A stretch of 63,856 nucleotides of DNA from positions 78,120,145 to 78,184,000 of the forward strand of contig OZ286465.1 of assembly GCA_965644265.1 (NCBI GenBank). The letters are read 5' to 3'. The position numbers were made by a program, and so were the translations under genes. Of the stretch, positions 14,066 to 26,462 are shown in pieces; position 1 is the stretch's first letter; each line of letters starts with the position of its first letter. Under the pieces are notes generated by a model. It had not been told where the DNA came from. It saw only the letters and a list, made by a program, of their open reading frames with translations, and did not search any database. This DNA comes from Glycera tridactyla. Taxonomy: Eukaryota.

Positions 14066-14170
14066 ACGACCACCACGCATTGTCATCTCATAATCATGGT
14101 CATGCTCAAGATGTGGAAAGGCATTCGCTGGCTCAACCTGGCTCATCTTATCTTCATGATGGAATTCACC
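14066..14170 (-). pseudogene. Transposase internal exon (105 nt, phase 0-0) with DHDY HCF-1-binding-type motif
   Basis: ttttcag|GGT...CGT|gtgagt. Translates as GEFHHEDKMSQVEPANAFPHLEHDHDYEMTMRGGR; a [D/E]HxY motif is typical downstream of THAP domains. Confidence 0.7.
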
Positions 14171-14930
14171 CTGAAAAGAAAGAAAAAAAGATGAATGAAT
14201 CTGCATTGTACTTGATGCATTTTTTCCATAATCCTCTCAGGTAGAGCTCAACCCCGAAGAGTATTAGTATTTCACCATAAGCTTTGGACTCGAGCATTCA
14301 TGCAAATTCAAGGAGATTTCAACAAGATTCTCCAAATTCAATGAGTCGTGTACAAACGCCAAATTCTTTAATGGTCCCACTCATGCCCATTGCATGGGCG
14401 TCACAATATAGCAATTATGGTACTGATGTGATATTAAACCAGAACCAACCAGCCATCTAAACCTTCTCTAATCACATAGATAGTACATTATGTGAATAGT
14501 CCCTGTCTGGCTGGACCAAGTATGTAACTGGGTGAAAGTCATGAAGCATTTTGGAAGATCTGGCTCACAAATGCCCAATCTGAAAGAAAATTCCCATAAT
14601 ATTGGAGCATACCGAACTACGACATTCACATGCCCAATGTTGAATATCATTGAAACCTGCTATGTAAGAACCACTGACAAAAGCCTACCTCTTGTGAGAC
14701 CACATTTTGATCCCATTTACTTGGATGCCATCCTCTGATGAGCAAATTAGCAATAATGGCAAAATCTGAATGCAATGGTGATATGTTTGCAATGATAGAA
14801 CAAGATAATCCGTGATATCTTATCAGTCCTCACCATATACAGAAATGCTAATTAAACTCATTTTATCTCAACTGGACACTTCTGATGGGAACAATAATAG
14901 GAGAAATGAACATGCAACACAAATACTTAC

Positions 14931-15023
14931 ATTCATGATCACCATATCATCGCAAACTGTGGTATCCATGCGGCAGGACTCCACTTCTTCCGTGATTTCA
15001 ACCATACATGGCAGACCTTCACT
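14931..15023 (-). pseudogene. 93-nt phase 0-0 exon, copy A
   Basis: tgtttgtag|AGT...AAT|gtaagt. Open frame SEGLPCMVEITEEVESCRMDTTVCDDMVIMN. Confidence 0.55.
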
Positions 15024-15641
15024 CTACAAACACAATGAAAACTATTAGAAATGCAAGAGAACCTGTATACAGCTAGGGAATTATACATGCGGGTAAAACA
15101 GAATAGAGGCAGATAAATGGTCATCAAACCATGATTTGGGCCCTGTATGGCCATAGGCATAACACCTGTGGGGGGGGGGGCTATGGACACGTCAACCTAA
15201 ACCTACCCAACTGTGATCGAAAGGGATGAAAGCAATCCAACTCTAAATGTTATTAGTGACATTGGGTGAACAGCAGCTACTCAGAATCCATAGTTTTTCT
15301 GAAGTTTACCAGTAAATATTGGAGAAACAGATAAGGGCTATTGACACTGAAAATTTGGATAAAATATGCAAAATCACAAAATCATCACAGAAATTTCCCA
15401 ACAATGAGATGTCTTAATTTGCCAATCTTAACAGTACTCACCATATACCTAAATGCTGATAAGAATGCTTGTACATATTGTAGATAAGAATTTTTTGTTT
15501 TTGACTGTATAGAATGCATCTGTTGTTCAGTTAAGGGAGGAAATGAAGAATTCCCCAAAAAAACTGAACTCATTTTATTCCATCTGACACTTCTGATGGG
15601 AACAATAATAGGAGAAATGAACATGCAACACAAATACTTAC

Positions 15642-15734
15642 ATACATGATCACCATATCATCGTAAACTGTGGTATCCATGCGGCAGGACTCCACTTCTT
15701 CCGTTATTTCAACCATACATGGCGGACCTTCACT
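15642..15734 (-). pseudogene. 93-nt phase 0-0 exon, copy B (part of the ~200-bp direct repeat 14875-15076 / 15584-15787)
   Basis: Same splice signals as copy A. Open frame SEGPPCMVEITEEVESCRMDTTVYDDMVIMY. Confidence 0.55.
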
Positions 15735-16022
15735 CTACAAACACAATGAAAACTATTAGAAATGCAAGAGAACCTATGAACAGCTAGGCAGACACCCAAA
15801 TGCTATCTGAAAAAAGCTGAATGTGGCAGATGAGAATAAATTTAGCTAGGGCAGGATGGACCTCTGACTGAACAGTAACAGCACGTACATGAATTGCGAC
15901 AACAACTGGCGCACAAACAACGACAGTGGATGGCAACGTAATAGACCACAGCAATACGACCGCTGTAACTCGTGGAATACTGAGTGGCCGCCAATTGAGA
16001 GAGACAGCAGATACAATAATCG

Positions 16023-17080
16023 ATGATGAGCCTACAGCCACTATTCAAAAGGTTCGTTCCGAGGATATTCCCACCTCCATGGAAGCATTCACTTGAAGAC
16101 GATATACTTGCAGAAAATCTTATGTATCCTCCTGGTCTTGACCGCTTCGAACAACTCAGACAGGCAGTTCGATGTTTCGGCCACCCAAAAATCATTGTCA
16201 TTGGAGCCTCACATGCTGTCCGGTTAGTACAGTATATCGATAACCTGGAACCGGATGACTTCATGTATTCATACACTAATCCTTCCAATATTGAGCCACT
16301 TGCAGTGTGGGGCGCAAAGTTCTGGTCCCTAGAGGATAATATACGAGGAAAGAAACTGTCGAAAAAGAATCAGAAGATATATGGTGACCAACTATCTAAC
16401 CCACGCTTAGCGGAATTCCAACCTGATTTCATGCTTCTGAACTTAGGATCAAACGATGCAGATGACTGCAATAGCCATCTCACCCAGATTAGGAACTCCA
16501 ATACAACCTACAACTATAAATGGAAAGCCCCGATAGAGGCGAGTATTTGAGCAGATCAACTTAAGCTGGAAATAGCCGCGGTCATGACCTTCATCAGATC
16601 CAAGTACCCTGACATACCGTGTGGTGTTATCCCGATGATTCCGAGAAAAGGATGGTGCCCTGAAGCAAGATATATGTCCAAAAAACTGAATCTAATCCTA
16701 TCGAGTGACCTGAAAAAATTACACAACCTACGTCAACTCCTGCCAAAGTCGCTTTACCATAATGGGAAAAGTAGATATGCTAGATTATCTGATTAGCACT
16801 TTCCTCGCACATGATAACCTCCACCTAAGGCAACTGTATGTTACTAATGGATATCCTACCTGGTATCTATGATTGGTGGGGAACATCACAGCGCACAATG
16901 AACCCTGGAAGATTCATCAGTGAACGTACCCCACGACGTCGGAAACGTCGACTCCTATCACACCATGAACACGAGCCACTGTCGACCCTAATAGTTGACC
17001 AGAGCGAACCAAATCCACGCACAGTAACCAGATCCTCGCAGAAGCGCCTCAAATCAGACATCATGCAACAAACCAGCTAG
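16023..17080 (+). pseudogene. SGNH/GDSL esterase-like ORF1, disrupted
   Basis: All four SGNH blocks appear in order: IIVIGASHAVRL (I), AVWGAKF (II), MLLNLGSNDAD (III), and FLAHDNLHL (V, ~16800-16825, shifted frame). MIPR lies between III and V. Stop at 16548-16550 plus frameshifts. An upstream open stretch from ~15856 may be the N-terminus. Confidence 0.8.
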
Positions 17081-17454
17081 AGGTCAGCAACTGCAACAAC
17101 AACCTTGCTTGTCACCAGATTATCGGATTAAATGGATAGGCCTATATGTTGGGTCGAAGTCATAATAACAACAGCTCACCTCAGACTAAGAATTAACGAG
17201 GCAACTCTTTTCATACATCACATCAGTGGATCTGGTGGACATCGTGGTCTGCCTAGATGGAATCGCAATGATTTCACCTTGCTGCAGATCATGATCAACA
17301 CATCTGCAACGTCAACAATAAACGACAGCCTGGAATTCCCCTCCATAAATTTCTAATCAATCTGCCAAAATTAGGACATCTTGTGAGATACCAACGACAA
17401 CAGGAACCACATCCAACACGAGATATAGTCGTCCAATACCTCAGTGGGACAACT

Positions 17455-18700
17455 TAGCCTGCCGAGGTGAAACCAAAATGGCGACATCTTGCAACCGGCT
17501 AACGTTGCACACACTGACATCTTGTGGGGGATCGACGTTGACATCCTGGAAGCAGATGGTAACCTAACCTGCTGAGGTGAAGCCGCAATGGTGACATCTT
17601 GCAGCGGGCTAGCGTGGCATACACTGACATCTTATGGTGGATCGACGGCAAAGGCAGTCACTCCCAACACAAGATATAGTAGTTCATCATCTCGTCCATG
17701 GAGCAGATGAGCAACTCTATCTGCCGAGGTGAAACCGCAATGGCGACATCTTGCAGCAGGCTAACGTTGCATCCTCTGAGATCATGTGGCGGATCGATGG
17801 TGACGTCTTGAAGCAGATAGACATCTAAGCCTGCCGAGGTGAAGCCGCAATGGCGACATCTTGCAGCGGGCTAATGTTGCAGATCAACAGCGACGTCCTG
17901 GAACCAGATGGGCAACTAAGCGTGCCGAGGTGAAACCGCAATGGCGACATCTTGCAGCAGGCTAACATTGCATACACCAACATCTTGTTGTAGATCGACA
18001 GCGATGTCCTTGGAGCAGATAGACAACAAAGCCTGCCAAGGTGAAACCGCAATGGCGACATCTTGCAGCAGGCTATCATTGCATCCACTGACATCTTGTG
18101 GCGGATCAACGGCGTTAGCATGCAAGCACATCACCAGGTAAATTCGTTTGACATCTCGTTCTTGAAGCAGATGAGCAACTCTACCTGCCGAGGTGAAACC
18201 GCAATGGCGACATCTTGCAGCAGGCTAACGTTGCATCCTCTGAGATCGTGTGGCGGATCGACGGTGACTTCTTGAAGCAGATAGACATCTAAGCCTGCCG
18301 AGGTGAAGCCGCAATGGCGACATCTTGCAGCGGGCTAATGTTGCAGATCGACAGCGACGTCCTGGAACCAGATGGGCAACTAAGCATGCCGAGGTGAAAC
18401 CGCAATGGCGACATCTTGCAGCAGGCTAACATTGCATACACCAACATCTTGATGTAGATCGACAGCGACGTCCTTGGCGCAGATAGACAACTAAGCCTGC
18501 CAAGGTGAAACCGCAATGGCGACATCTTGCAGCCGGCTATCATTGCATCCACTGACATCTTGTGGCGGATCAACGGCGTAAGTATGCAAGCACATCACCA
18601 GGTAAATTCATTTGACATCTCGTCCTTGAAGCAGATGGGCAACTCTACCTGCCGAGGTGAAGCCGCAATGGCGACATCTTGCAGCTGGCTAAAGTTGCAC
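17455..18700 (+). repeat. Tandem array of 11 monomers (91-152 bp) with a 464-bp 4-mer higher-order repeat
   Basis: Core ctgccgaggtgaa(a/g)ccgcaatggcgacatcttgcagc starts at 17459, 17569, 17721, 17831, 17922, 18033, 18185, 18295, 18386, 18497 and 18649 (spacings 110,152,110,91,111,152,110,91,111,152). Confidence 0.95.
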
Positions 18701-19292
18701 AACCGCAACAACAGCATCAACAAAACGTACCTGAAGCGTCAAGAATCAGTACTTGAGTCAAGGAACTTGAGTCTTGTATCCAAGCGGCAGCCTAATTTCA
18801 ACATGCTGTTAAGAACCCGGCACGGACATATGACCGCATACTGCACCCACTTATAGAAAAGTCAGCCACACATCATACATACGCCTAGCACGCACTCACA
18901 CAACTTATTGGTGAAACAGTCCCCGAAATATGTGTGTTTCGTGTGTCTCTCGAGTGCCTCCTACTAGTATGTTGTACTTTGGTATGTTTGATGTGTGCCT
19001 CTTCTTGTTTTCTAGTTTTTCTTGTTCCCCTGATTCTCCTGTATTGGTAGCTATGAGATCAATCAAACTAGAAAAATGTCTGCTGACACTATAAATGCAC
19101 AAGGTGACCCAGAAACACCCATGGTTGATCGATTTCAAGCGACCCAGAAACACCTACGGTCAACCAATTTCAAGCCTGGGCATGGCATGCTAGCACTGTA
19201 CTTTATTCCGGACCATCTGTGAATGCCAGATACGATCACTTACTCAGTCCGTCACTCACACCTTCAAACACACAAACGTACTCACGCACACA

Positions 19293-19298
<6 letters not shown>

Positions 19299-19331
<33 letters not shown>
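19299..19331. repeat. (CA)n microsatellite
   Basis: Direct reading. Confidence 0.95.
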
Positions 19332-19333
<2 letters not shown>

Positions 19334-19668
19334 AAACGTACATACATACATACCATTAGCCATTCTCGAAACTTACGCAAATGTTTAGGAATATCGTGAT
19401 GATCTGTCAGTCGTGCTGCTTGTAGTATATCTTTCTCCTCTCCAGAAGGCAGGCAGTAGTATCATGAATGAGCTTGAGCTTTGTGCTAGAAGGAAATCCT
19501 GACCGCGACACATGACTTACAATATTATATATATCCCTGCAACTATTATCCCACTATCTAATACTCGAACAAATCATTTGGAACTCAGTTTCTATCCTAT
19601 CTCAGGATTAGCGAGTCAGCTACAGCCTTAACCCCTCCCTCTATCACCTATTTACTACCTAATAGTGA

Positions 19669-22630
19669 ATGCAAACAAATAGACGCCGAGCTAAACATCA
19701 GTTTCCTAGTGCTATACCATTATGTGACCTCAACTATTCTGCAGCTGCACTGTCTAACCTACCAGGCATTAGCTTTGGCTCATTGAACATCCAGAGCATC
19801 ACCAGAAAAATCGATGATGTCAGCCACTTGCTATTCGATAGTAAACTCGACTTCCTGTCTTTGTGTGAAACCTACCACAATGAAAGTATTGCGGGCGAGG
19901 AATTAATCATACCTGGCTACTCACTATATCGCCAAGACAGAACATCAAACAGTGGCAAAACCTGCGGAGGAGGACTATTGGTATATCATGCCTCACACCT
20001 TGCCACGGTACCAGTTCCTGACATTTCTGTTTGCACCCCTGACGTGGAATCAAACTGGATAGCGTTGAAACTAAAAAACTGCCGCCCCCTAATAGTGGGA
20101 ACTATCTACCAGCCGCCAGATGGCTCCCTGACAAATTTTTTGAATCATCTCAATGCTAGCATAGACAAGATTGACGAACTATACCCGGCCCATGATCTCC
20201 TTGTCCTAGGAGATACAAATATTGACGTGAGCACTAACAATACTTCCCGGAAACGCAAATACCTAAACTGCCTAAAATCCAGAGTGCTCACCCAACTCAT
20301 AAGCAGCCCAACAAGAGTATCCGCGCGATCGTCGACTACGATTGACCATATTATCACTTCCAATGTTAGTTATTATAACCATTATGGAGTCGTAGACCCG
20401 GGCTTGAGCGACCATTATTTAGTCTATACCACTCGCAAATGTCAGAAAATAAGCAGAAGAAAAATCAAATGTACATTTCGAAGCTATAGAAATTTTGGTA
20501 AAGAATTGTTCACAAATGACTTAATGAACATTGATTTTTCTGAAGTACTCTGAGCTACGACCACAGATGAGGCTGCAGATAAACTGGTTAAAATATTAGC
20601 TCGGTGCATAGACAATCATCTCCCCATCAAAGAGCGAACGTTCAGTGACAGGGATCTACCATGGATCAACAATGAATACAGGGGCTATATCGACTTATGC
20701 CAACACAGGTCATATTTATTCAACAGAAATCCAACACATCTTAATGAGGCTCTGAAACGAGAAGCTTATCGTCAAAAAAAGAAAAATTGAAATCGGAACT
20801 CATAAAAAACTATGTTGAGACAACAGTAGAACAAAATTCTGACAACCCAAAGAAACTGTGGAAAGGCATAAAGAAAATATGGCCTCTGTAAAAAAGTGAA
20901 TCTAAACTTCCCACACTCACGTCTGAATCACTATCAGACAGAGCCAATGAGGTGAATGAGTACTTTGTAGGAGTAGGTAGTTCCTTAGCAAATATGATCC
21001 CAGACGAGGAATCACCTTTTGATACAGTGATTCACAAACCCTCTGTGTTTGAGATTAGAGCAACATCATGCACAAAAGTCACTAAGATAATAAAAGAATT
21101 TAATAATACATCATCGGCCGCAACAGATGGCATAAGCAATGAACTCTTGAAATACTTACCCCCAAATGTGATCGAGGTCATCACATATGTATTCAATAAA
21201 TCTATCAGTTTCTCTACATTCCTGTCAGTATGGAAAGTCAGTAATGTCACCATTCTACATAAGGGAGGTGTAGATACATCTGTTACAAACTTCTGTCCAA
21301 TTTCAATTATACCAAGCTTAGGGAAGCTTTTAGAAAAGGTGGTCCACTCCCAGGTATATTCATATCTAGCTAGTCATAAGTTACTGTCGGATGCCCAATT
21401 TGGATTCAGGGAGGGGTGCTCCACTGGCTCATGCCTGGTCAGCTTTCTTGATAATATCTATCAGGAGGCTGATCAGGGATGTCCCCTGGGGTCCTCTCCC
21501 TGGATCTAAAAACGGCATTCAATACTGTTGATCACTCGAAGCTTATCCAACGATTGCATGAGGAGGGTTTCAGATATTCTGCCACAAATTGGTTTGCGTC
21601 ATACTTGGGTAGGCGCTCACAGAAAGTGAAACTTGAAAACGTCCTATCAGACTCCCGACCTATCACACATGGTGTTCCCCAAGGCTCGATATTGGGGCCA
21701 TTGTTATTTGTGTTGTATGTCAACCGTTTGCCAAATGTGCTGAAGGCGACTACATGCTTTCTATATGCAGATGACACTGCAATATGTGCGAGTTGCACCA
21801 ATGAAAATGACATCATGACCAAACTAGAGGAGGATCTAGGCAGGCTCCAAAGGTGGTTTTCTTATATGAAGCTATCAATGAATTTATCCAAATCAGGAAT
21901 GATGTTTTTCAGAACGAGACCCCAAGTGAGCAGTATTCAAGCACAGCATTTGAATTTCCAAGGAGTAAATATCTAGTGACTTGACAAGTTTAAGTATCTC
22001 GGCATCATCCTAGATGAACATCTCTCATTTGATCACCATTGTGAATACATCATAAAAAAGGTCACAACCAGACGTTCAGCCATGGCCAATATAAGACCAT
22101 TTATCACAGAAAAGAGAGCCCTTTACATCTACCATTCTCTCATTCAATCGATTTTTTGCTTTACCAATTTCGTGACCTGTGGAATGAGTATCAGATCTAA
22201 GCAGAAGCTACAAGTCTGTCAAAACAGCTGTCTAAGGGTCGTGAAAAAACTCTCACGACTGAATTTCTCAGCAAGTAACTGCCATACAAGCCTAAACGTG
22301 CCCTATCTTGAAACTCTGGTCAACCGCCACCTAGCGGTAGAAATGCACAAGATAGTACACGGCAGGTGCAGCAACATGCTGCAAGGCATTGTAAAGAGAA
22401 GGTCTTCTATCTCGAGTCGAACCCCAAGACAATCGGTCAGTCTTGATCTTGAAATAAGGCGATGCTGCACACAATTCGCAAATAATGGTTCAATAGCTCA
22501 GGGAATACGACTATGGAACTGGATCTCCGATGATATCGGATCGATAGACAAAAACTCGACTGTAAAAAAGAAATTCAAAGTGCTATTTGGTCATGTTACC
22601 CAAAGACTGGGTCCTACCCAACCAAATTAG
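19669..22630 (+). pseudogene. LINE ORF2 (APE endonuclease + reverse transcriptase), CR1/L2/Crack group, disrupted
   Basis: APE motifs LNIQS, LCET, YRQDR...GGG, IYQPP, GDTNID, PTR..TTIDH, SDH. RT motifs QFGFR, DLKTAFNTVDH, GVPQGSILGPLLF, YADDT. Stops at 20551 and 21974 plus frameshifts. Confidence 0.95.
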
Positions 22631-24281
22631 ACTGGGTAGAGTTATGGGGGTGACATAGCATTCGCTAGGACCATCTTGAATAGTCATCCATACTGGCCCT
22701 TTGTCTTTTGTCATCTACCCACATACAGCCATGTTCCACCTCACAACAATCTGTCCTAGCTAGTCTATCTTTGCTATTTTCTACTGTGTCGCATGAGCAT
22801 GTAAAACTGAAAGGAGGCTTATGCCAATATAAATATCCCTATTTCCATATCAATATCAATAGTTTATCCATATATACCATGTTCGCCACCCACCCATAGC
22901 TCAGCCTGAACCACTAGATACAATAGTTGACCAATAGAAACCCTCAATATTGCCCACACGTAAGGTTTGAAGACAATTGCCTTACTCCCGCGTTTACAAC
23001 TGAAGCTCACTTCTCACTTGCATGACCCGTGTATATAAATGTATATATATGTATCTACAAATGTATTGTATATAATTGATGTGTATTTTGTAGTTAAGCC
23101 CTTTGTAGCATGTCGTATGACTTTGTCCATGCTATTCTCAATAAAAGTTTCAATCAATCAATCAATATTCAGTAAACTTCACATATATTTGGCAAACATC
23201 ACTGACTTTGAATGGTATTTGCGAAATGCAGCAATATCTCAAGACATTAGGGTCGGAAAAAAGTTGACTTTTTGAAAAGAATAATGAATTTTTGACTTTT
23301 TTCAGTTAAATCACCTTTTATTGATTTGAATCATCGATAATGATTTTTTTCACATGGTAAAGAATGAAAGCGTCAAATCACTCATGATTGTTCATGGATA
23401 GCTATTCATTAAAATGATATGATTTGGACATACACTACATGTTTTTACCAAACTGTTCGGGCTAGAAAAATATCAAAAATCTGATTAGCTGTCCACTGTT
23501 CAAATCTATGAAGTGAGCATCCACCGCCTGTTTCCAATCAGGGTGTTAACCTCCCCCCCCCCCCCCACTTCCTCCATCACAAGGACAATCCCCTTAGCTT
23601 TGTCAAGTCACACAGGCTTCATTGTACAAATGACAGAGATGCTAATACTGTAATTCATGGACAATAGCTGAGTGGACACGACCAAACATGCCACTGTAGT
23701 TTGTTATCAATAATCACATTCTATCTAGACACACACTCCCTAAGAACTTGTGGTAATGACTGATATATGCCCATGTAGCCCCAATCTCAGAATCACCAAT
23801 TTTTACAGAACAGTGATATAAAATGGAACAGATTACCTAAGCAGCTGTCTATCAGTCATGGTGTAAACTTGTATGAGAATCAGAGGAGAAATTGAAGAAA
23901 AAATCAAGACATGAATCACAATGGGATGTGAGTCAGCTAAATTTCCAGCTGTCATGATGGAAATTAATTCATGAGAAATAAGAATGATCAGGCAATAGAA
24001 TTGATGGATTTGAATCAGACCAGCCCTACTTCCTAGGCTAGATATATCACTCATAATGTTATGAATCATTAAAAGGGTAACTGAGTTGCTGTTATGCCCA
24101 TAAATTCAAAATCATACTTTAAACATCAAAGTTTCAACTTTGTGTAGAATTTAGTTTGGAAACAATAGAATAAGAAATCATGATTGAAAAAGTAAAATTT
24201 TAACCCTGCATAAAATTGAAACATATATTTTTCACAGAGAAAACATGGAGATGAACACATAACCCTGCCTGACAAGACTCC

Positions 24282-24532
24282 TCATGATTTATCAACCTTG
24301 AATGAACTAGAACTCCCCTTGATCATCAACTTTGTAGGATGCAATTCAAAACTGTCTAAGTGATCATGTGAAACCCTGCAGTGTAATGAGAATGAACTCT
24401 TCTTGGTCTGGCTGATGCTGAATTGAGACCCATCACCCTGCTCCCTATGAGATGATGTAGCTAACTCTCTTCTTGAAGGCCGCCGTGTTCGTGATGTTTC
24501 TTTGTTGCTTGGATGTCCAGGAAGATTCTGAT
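24282..24532 (-). pseudogene. Probable exon 2 of the THAP transposase (3' end uncertain)
   Basis: Acceptor ttttctag| at 24533, followed by DQNLPGHPSNKETSRTRRPSRR, resembling the THAP C-terminal tail and basic linker. Confidence 0.4.
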
Positions 24533-24755
24533 CTAGAAAACATAACAGGACCAATTATAGGGATGATAAAACAAATCAGAAATGCAAAACACACATCAAT
24601 CAGAAATGCAAAAAAATATTTCAATGATCTGGATACATCTACATAATCATGAATCATTATTGTATAATAAGATATGATAATGATATATAATAATATCAAC
24701 TTCTCAATTGATTGCATTACATGTTATATATACAATTGTTTGGTCACCTAATTAC

Positions 24756-25006
24756 CTGGATAGACGTGATTGAACCCTTTGTAGCGCTTGTTGGGTTTGG
24801 GAGGTTTTGAGAAGTGGCAGCTGCACATTTCGCTGTACTTGCTAGGCTTCCCATTGGAGCCTGGCTTGTCACCAGCCCTTCTTGTGGCTACCACCCATGC
24901 TGTCCTAAATGGGTCATCCTTCGGAAAAAATGTAGAAAGATTTGCAACTTCCTCTCATTCCCCTTTCATGTGAGCAACCATATACTGCACAATTTGATCT
25001 ACCCAT
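24756..25006 (-). pseudogene. THAP zinc-finger exon (first exon of the transposase), frameshifted
   Basis: MGRSNCAVYGCSH...FYI, then a 1-nt shift to FPKDDPFRTAWVVATRR...PSKYSEMCSCHF. This gives the C2CH signature with conserved F, P and W. Donor cag|gtaatt at 24755. Confidence 0.85.
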
Positions 25007-26462
25007 CTTCACTCTTCTGTTGTTCAAGCTGAAATGAGCTGGTGAATACTGGGCAACCACCATGGTTGAGTGGAGATACAGGTGGTAACCATGGCTACCT
25101 GCCAACTCTCACACCTATAATCCCCCCTCCCACCCAAGAGCTGGCTTGTGGTGGAGGGTAATGTGAGTGACATTTGCTCACACCTGCTCACTCTCCCCCT
25201 ACCCTCTTCCCCCCCCCTGCACCCACCACAATAGCAAGCCCTGTGATCTGCAGATCAAACTACCCCCCCCCCCACAAACACACATACACAAACCTTATGA
25301 AATCAGATCAAAGTCTTCACCCACCAATCCCCAACCCACACAGTCTGACCAACTGATTGATATCTGCTCACACCTGTATTCAATGTCAAGAATCTATGCA
25401 CTAGCCATGACAACCCTTCTAGAAAAACACATGCTTACCTCAGCAACCTGAGAAAATACCAGGAAAAACTCGCCATTAAGTTGATTAATTCATGTGCTGA
25501 CATCAGTTGACACTGCTTGATCATAGCATCTGACAGCTGTCATGTGGTGGGGTACCTCCTCGAGCCTCGTTCTGGGGCCGGGATCAACATGCGCGTCGAT
25601 GATGTGCGCACCTATTATCGTCCTATGCGAACTCGAGAATTGGAGTTTCTGAAGAAGATTGGCCACAAAAGAGACCTCCCAAATGCAATTTAATGTATGA
25701 TTCGGCCATCATGACAACGCGCACGTTTAGTCTGGAATGGCACGATGTGATAAATCGTACTTGCCATGAAAATTGAGGAAGTTCGGGTTTTATTCCTCGA
25801 AGAATGAAGAAACGAGCGCATCATCACCATCTTGAAATAGGTATGAAGGAGACCGCTGCAAAACAGTGGCGCCACCGGTTCTTTTAGTTCCTAATCGATC
25901 CGCTAGGGCGCGATTTTATTACTATAAATTCTCTCTCAATCTTTCCAATGCTATTTCTCAGTACATACTCTGATGATATTCACCCTGTATCATACTATCA
26001 TACTAATCTCGGATGTTTCCATCCCACTACACACAATCTATACTCATGATCATTGTATTTCTAGATATGAATCTCAATTCCCTCTTTCCTATCACTACAT
26101 AAATTGTATATATACATACTCCATATGGTGTTCCTTCTGCTACTCTTTTCCTTTCCCCTTTCTCTCTTTGTTCCTGGACCGTTCACTCAATCTCATTCAT
26201 ATATCCCATCCTCACCTCCTCCTTCTTTCACCCTCTCTTCATCCTCTCTGTTCTTCGATCTCTCACTCATCACCTATCATGTGCTCCCTTATCACCCGCT
26301 TTCATATCTACTGATTGCAATTTTTTTGTATTACTGTTCGATGTTCTATATCGATAATCTTCTCTGTTTTATTACCCTTGATGACTTTAGCATGTAATAT
26401 GACCCTTGTGGTCGCATGACTCTTGTCGAATAATAGTTTCTTATTCTTTTTCTTATTCTTAT

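Larger units (their letters stand above)
15788..23166 (+). mobile_element. CR1/L2-group LINE, probably near full length, decayed
   Basis: Esterase ORF1, inter-ORF tandem array, APE-RT ORF2, and a 3' end aataaaagttt(caat)n at ~23138-23166. The 5' boundary is approximate, and linkage of ORF1 to ORF2 is inferred. Confidence 0.7.

Noticed and set aside
17455-18700. CRISPR-like look (conserved ~45-bp core separated by variable segments)
   Set aside because: The variable segments are homologous to each other and recur with the 464-bp period, there are no cas genes, and the context is eukaryotic.
17455-18700. Canonical HDV-like or hammerhead ribozyme call
   Set aside because: P1.1, L3 and J4/2 could not be fitted on either strand, and the hammerhead core has a substitution at A6 and no real stem II. 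Kept only as an untested structure hypothesis.
19470-19510. Possible 2A-like peptide (VLEGNPD) upstream of LINE ORF2
   Set aside because: Lacks the DxExNPGP consensus and is not demonstrably in frame with ORF2.
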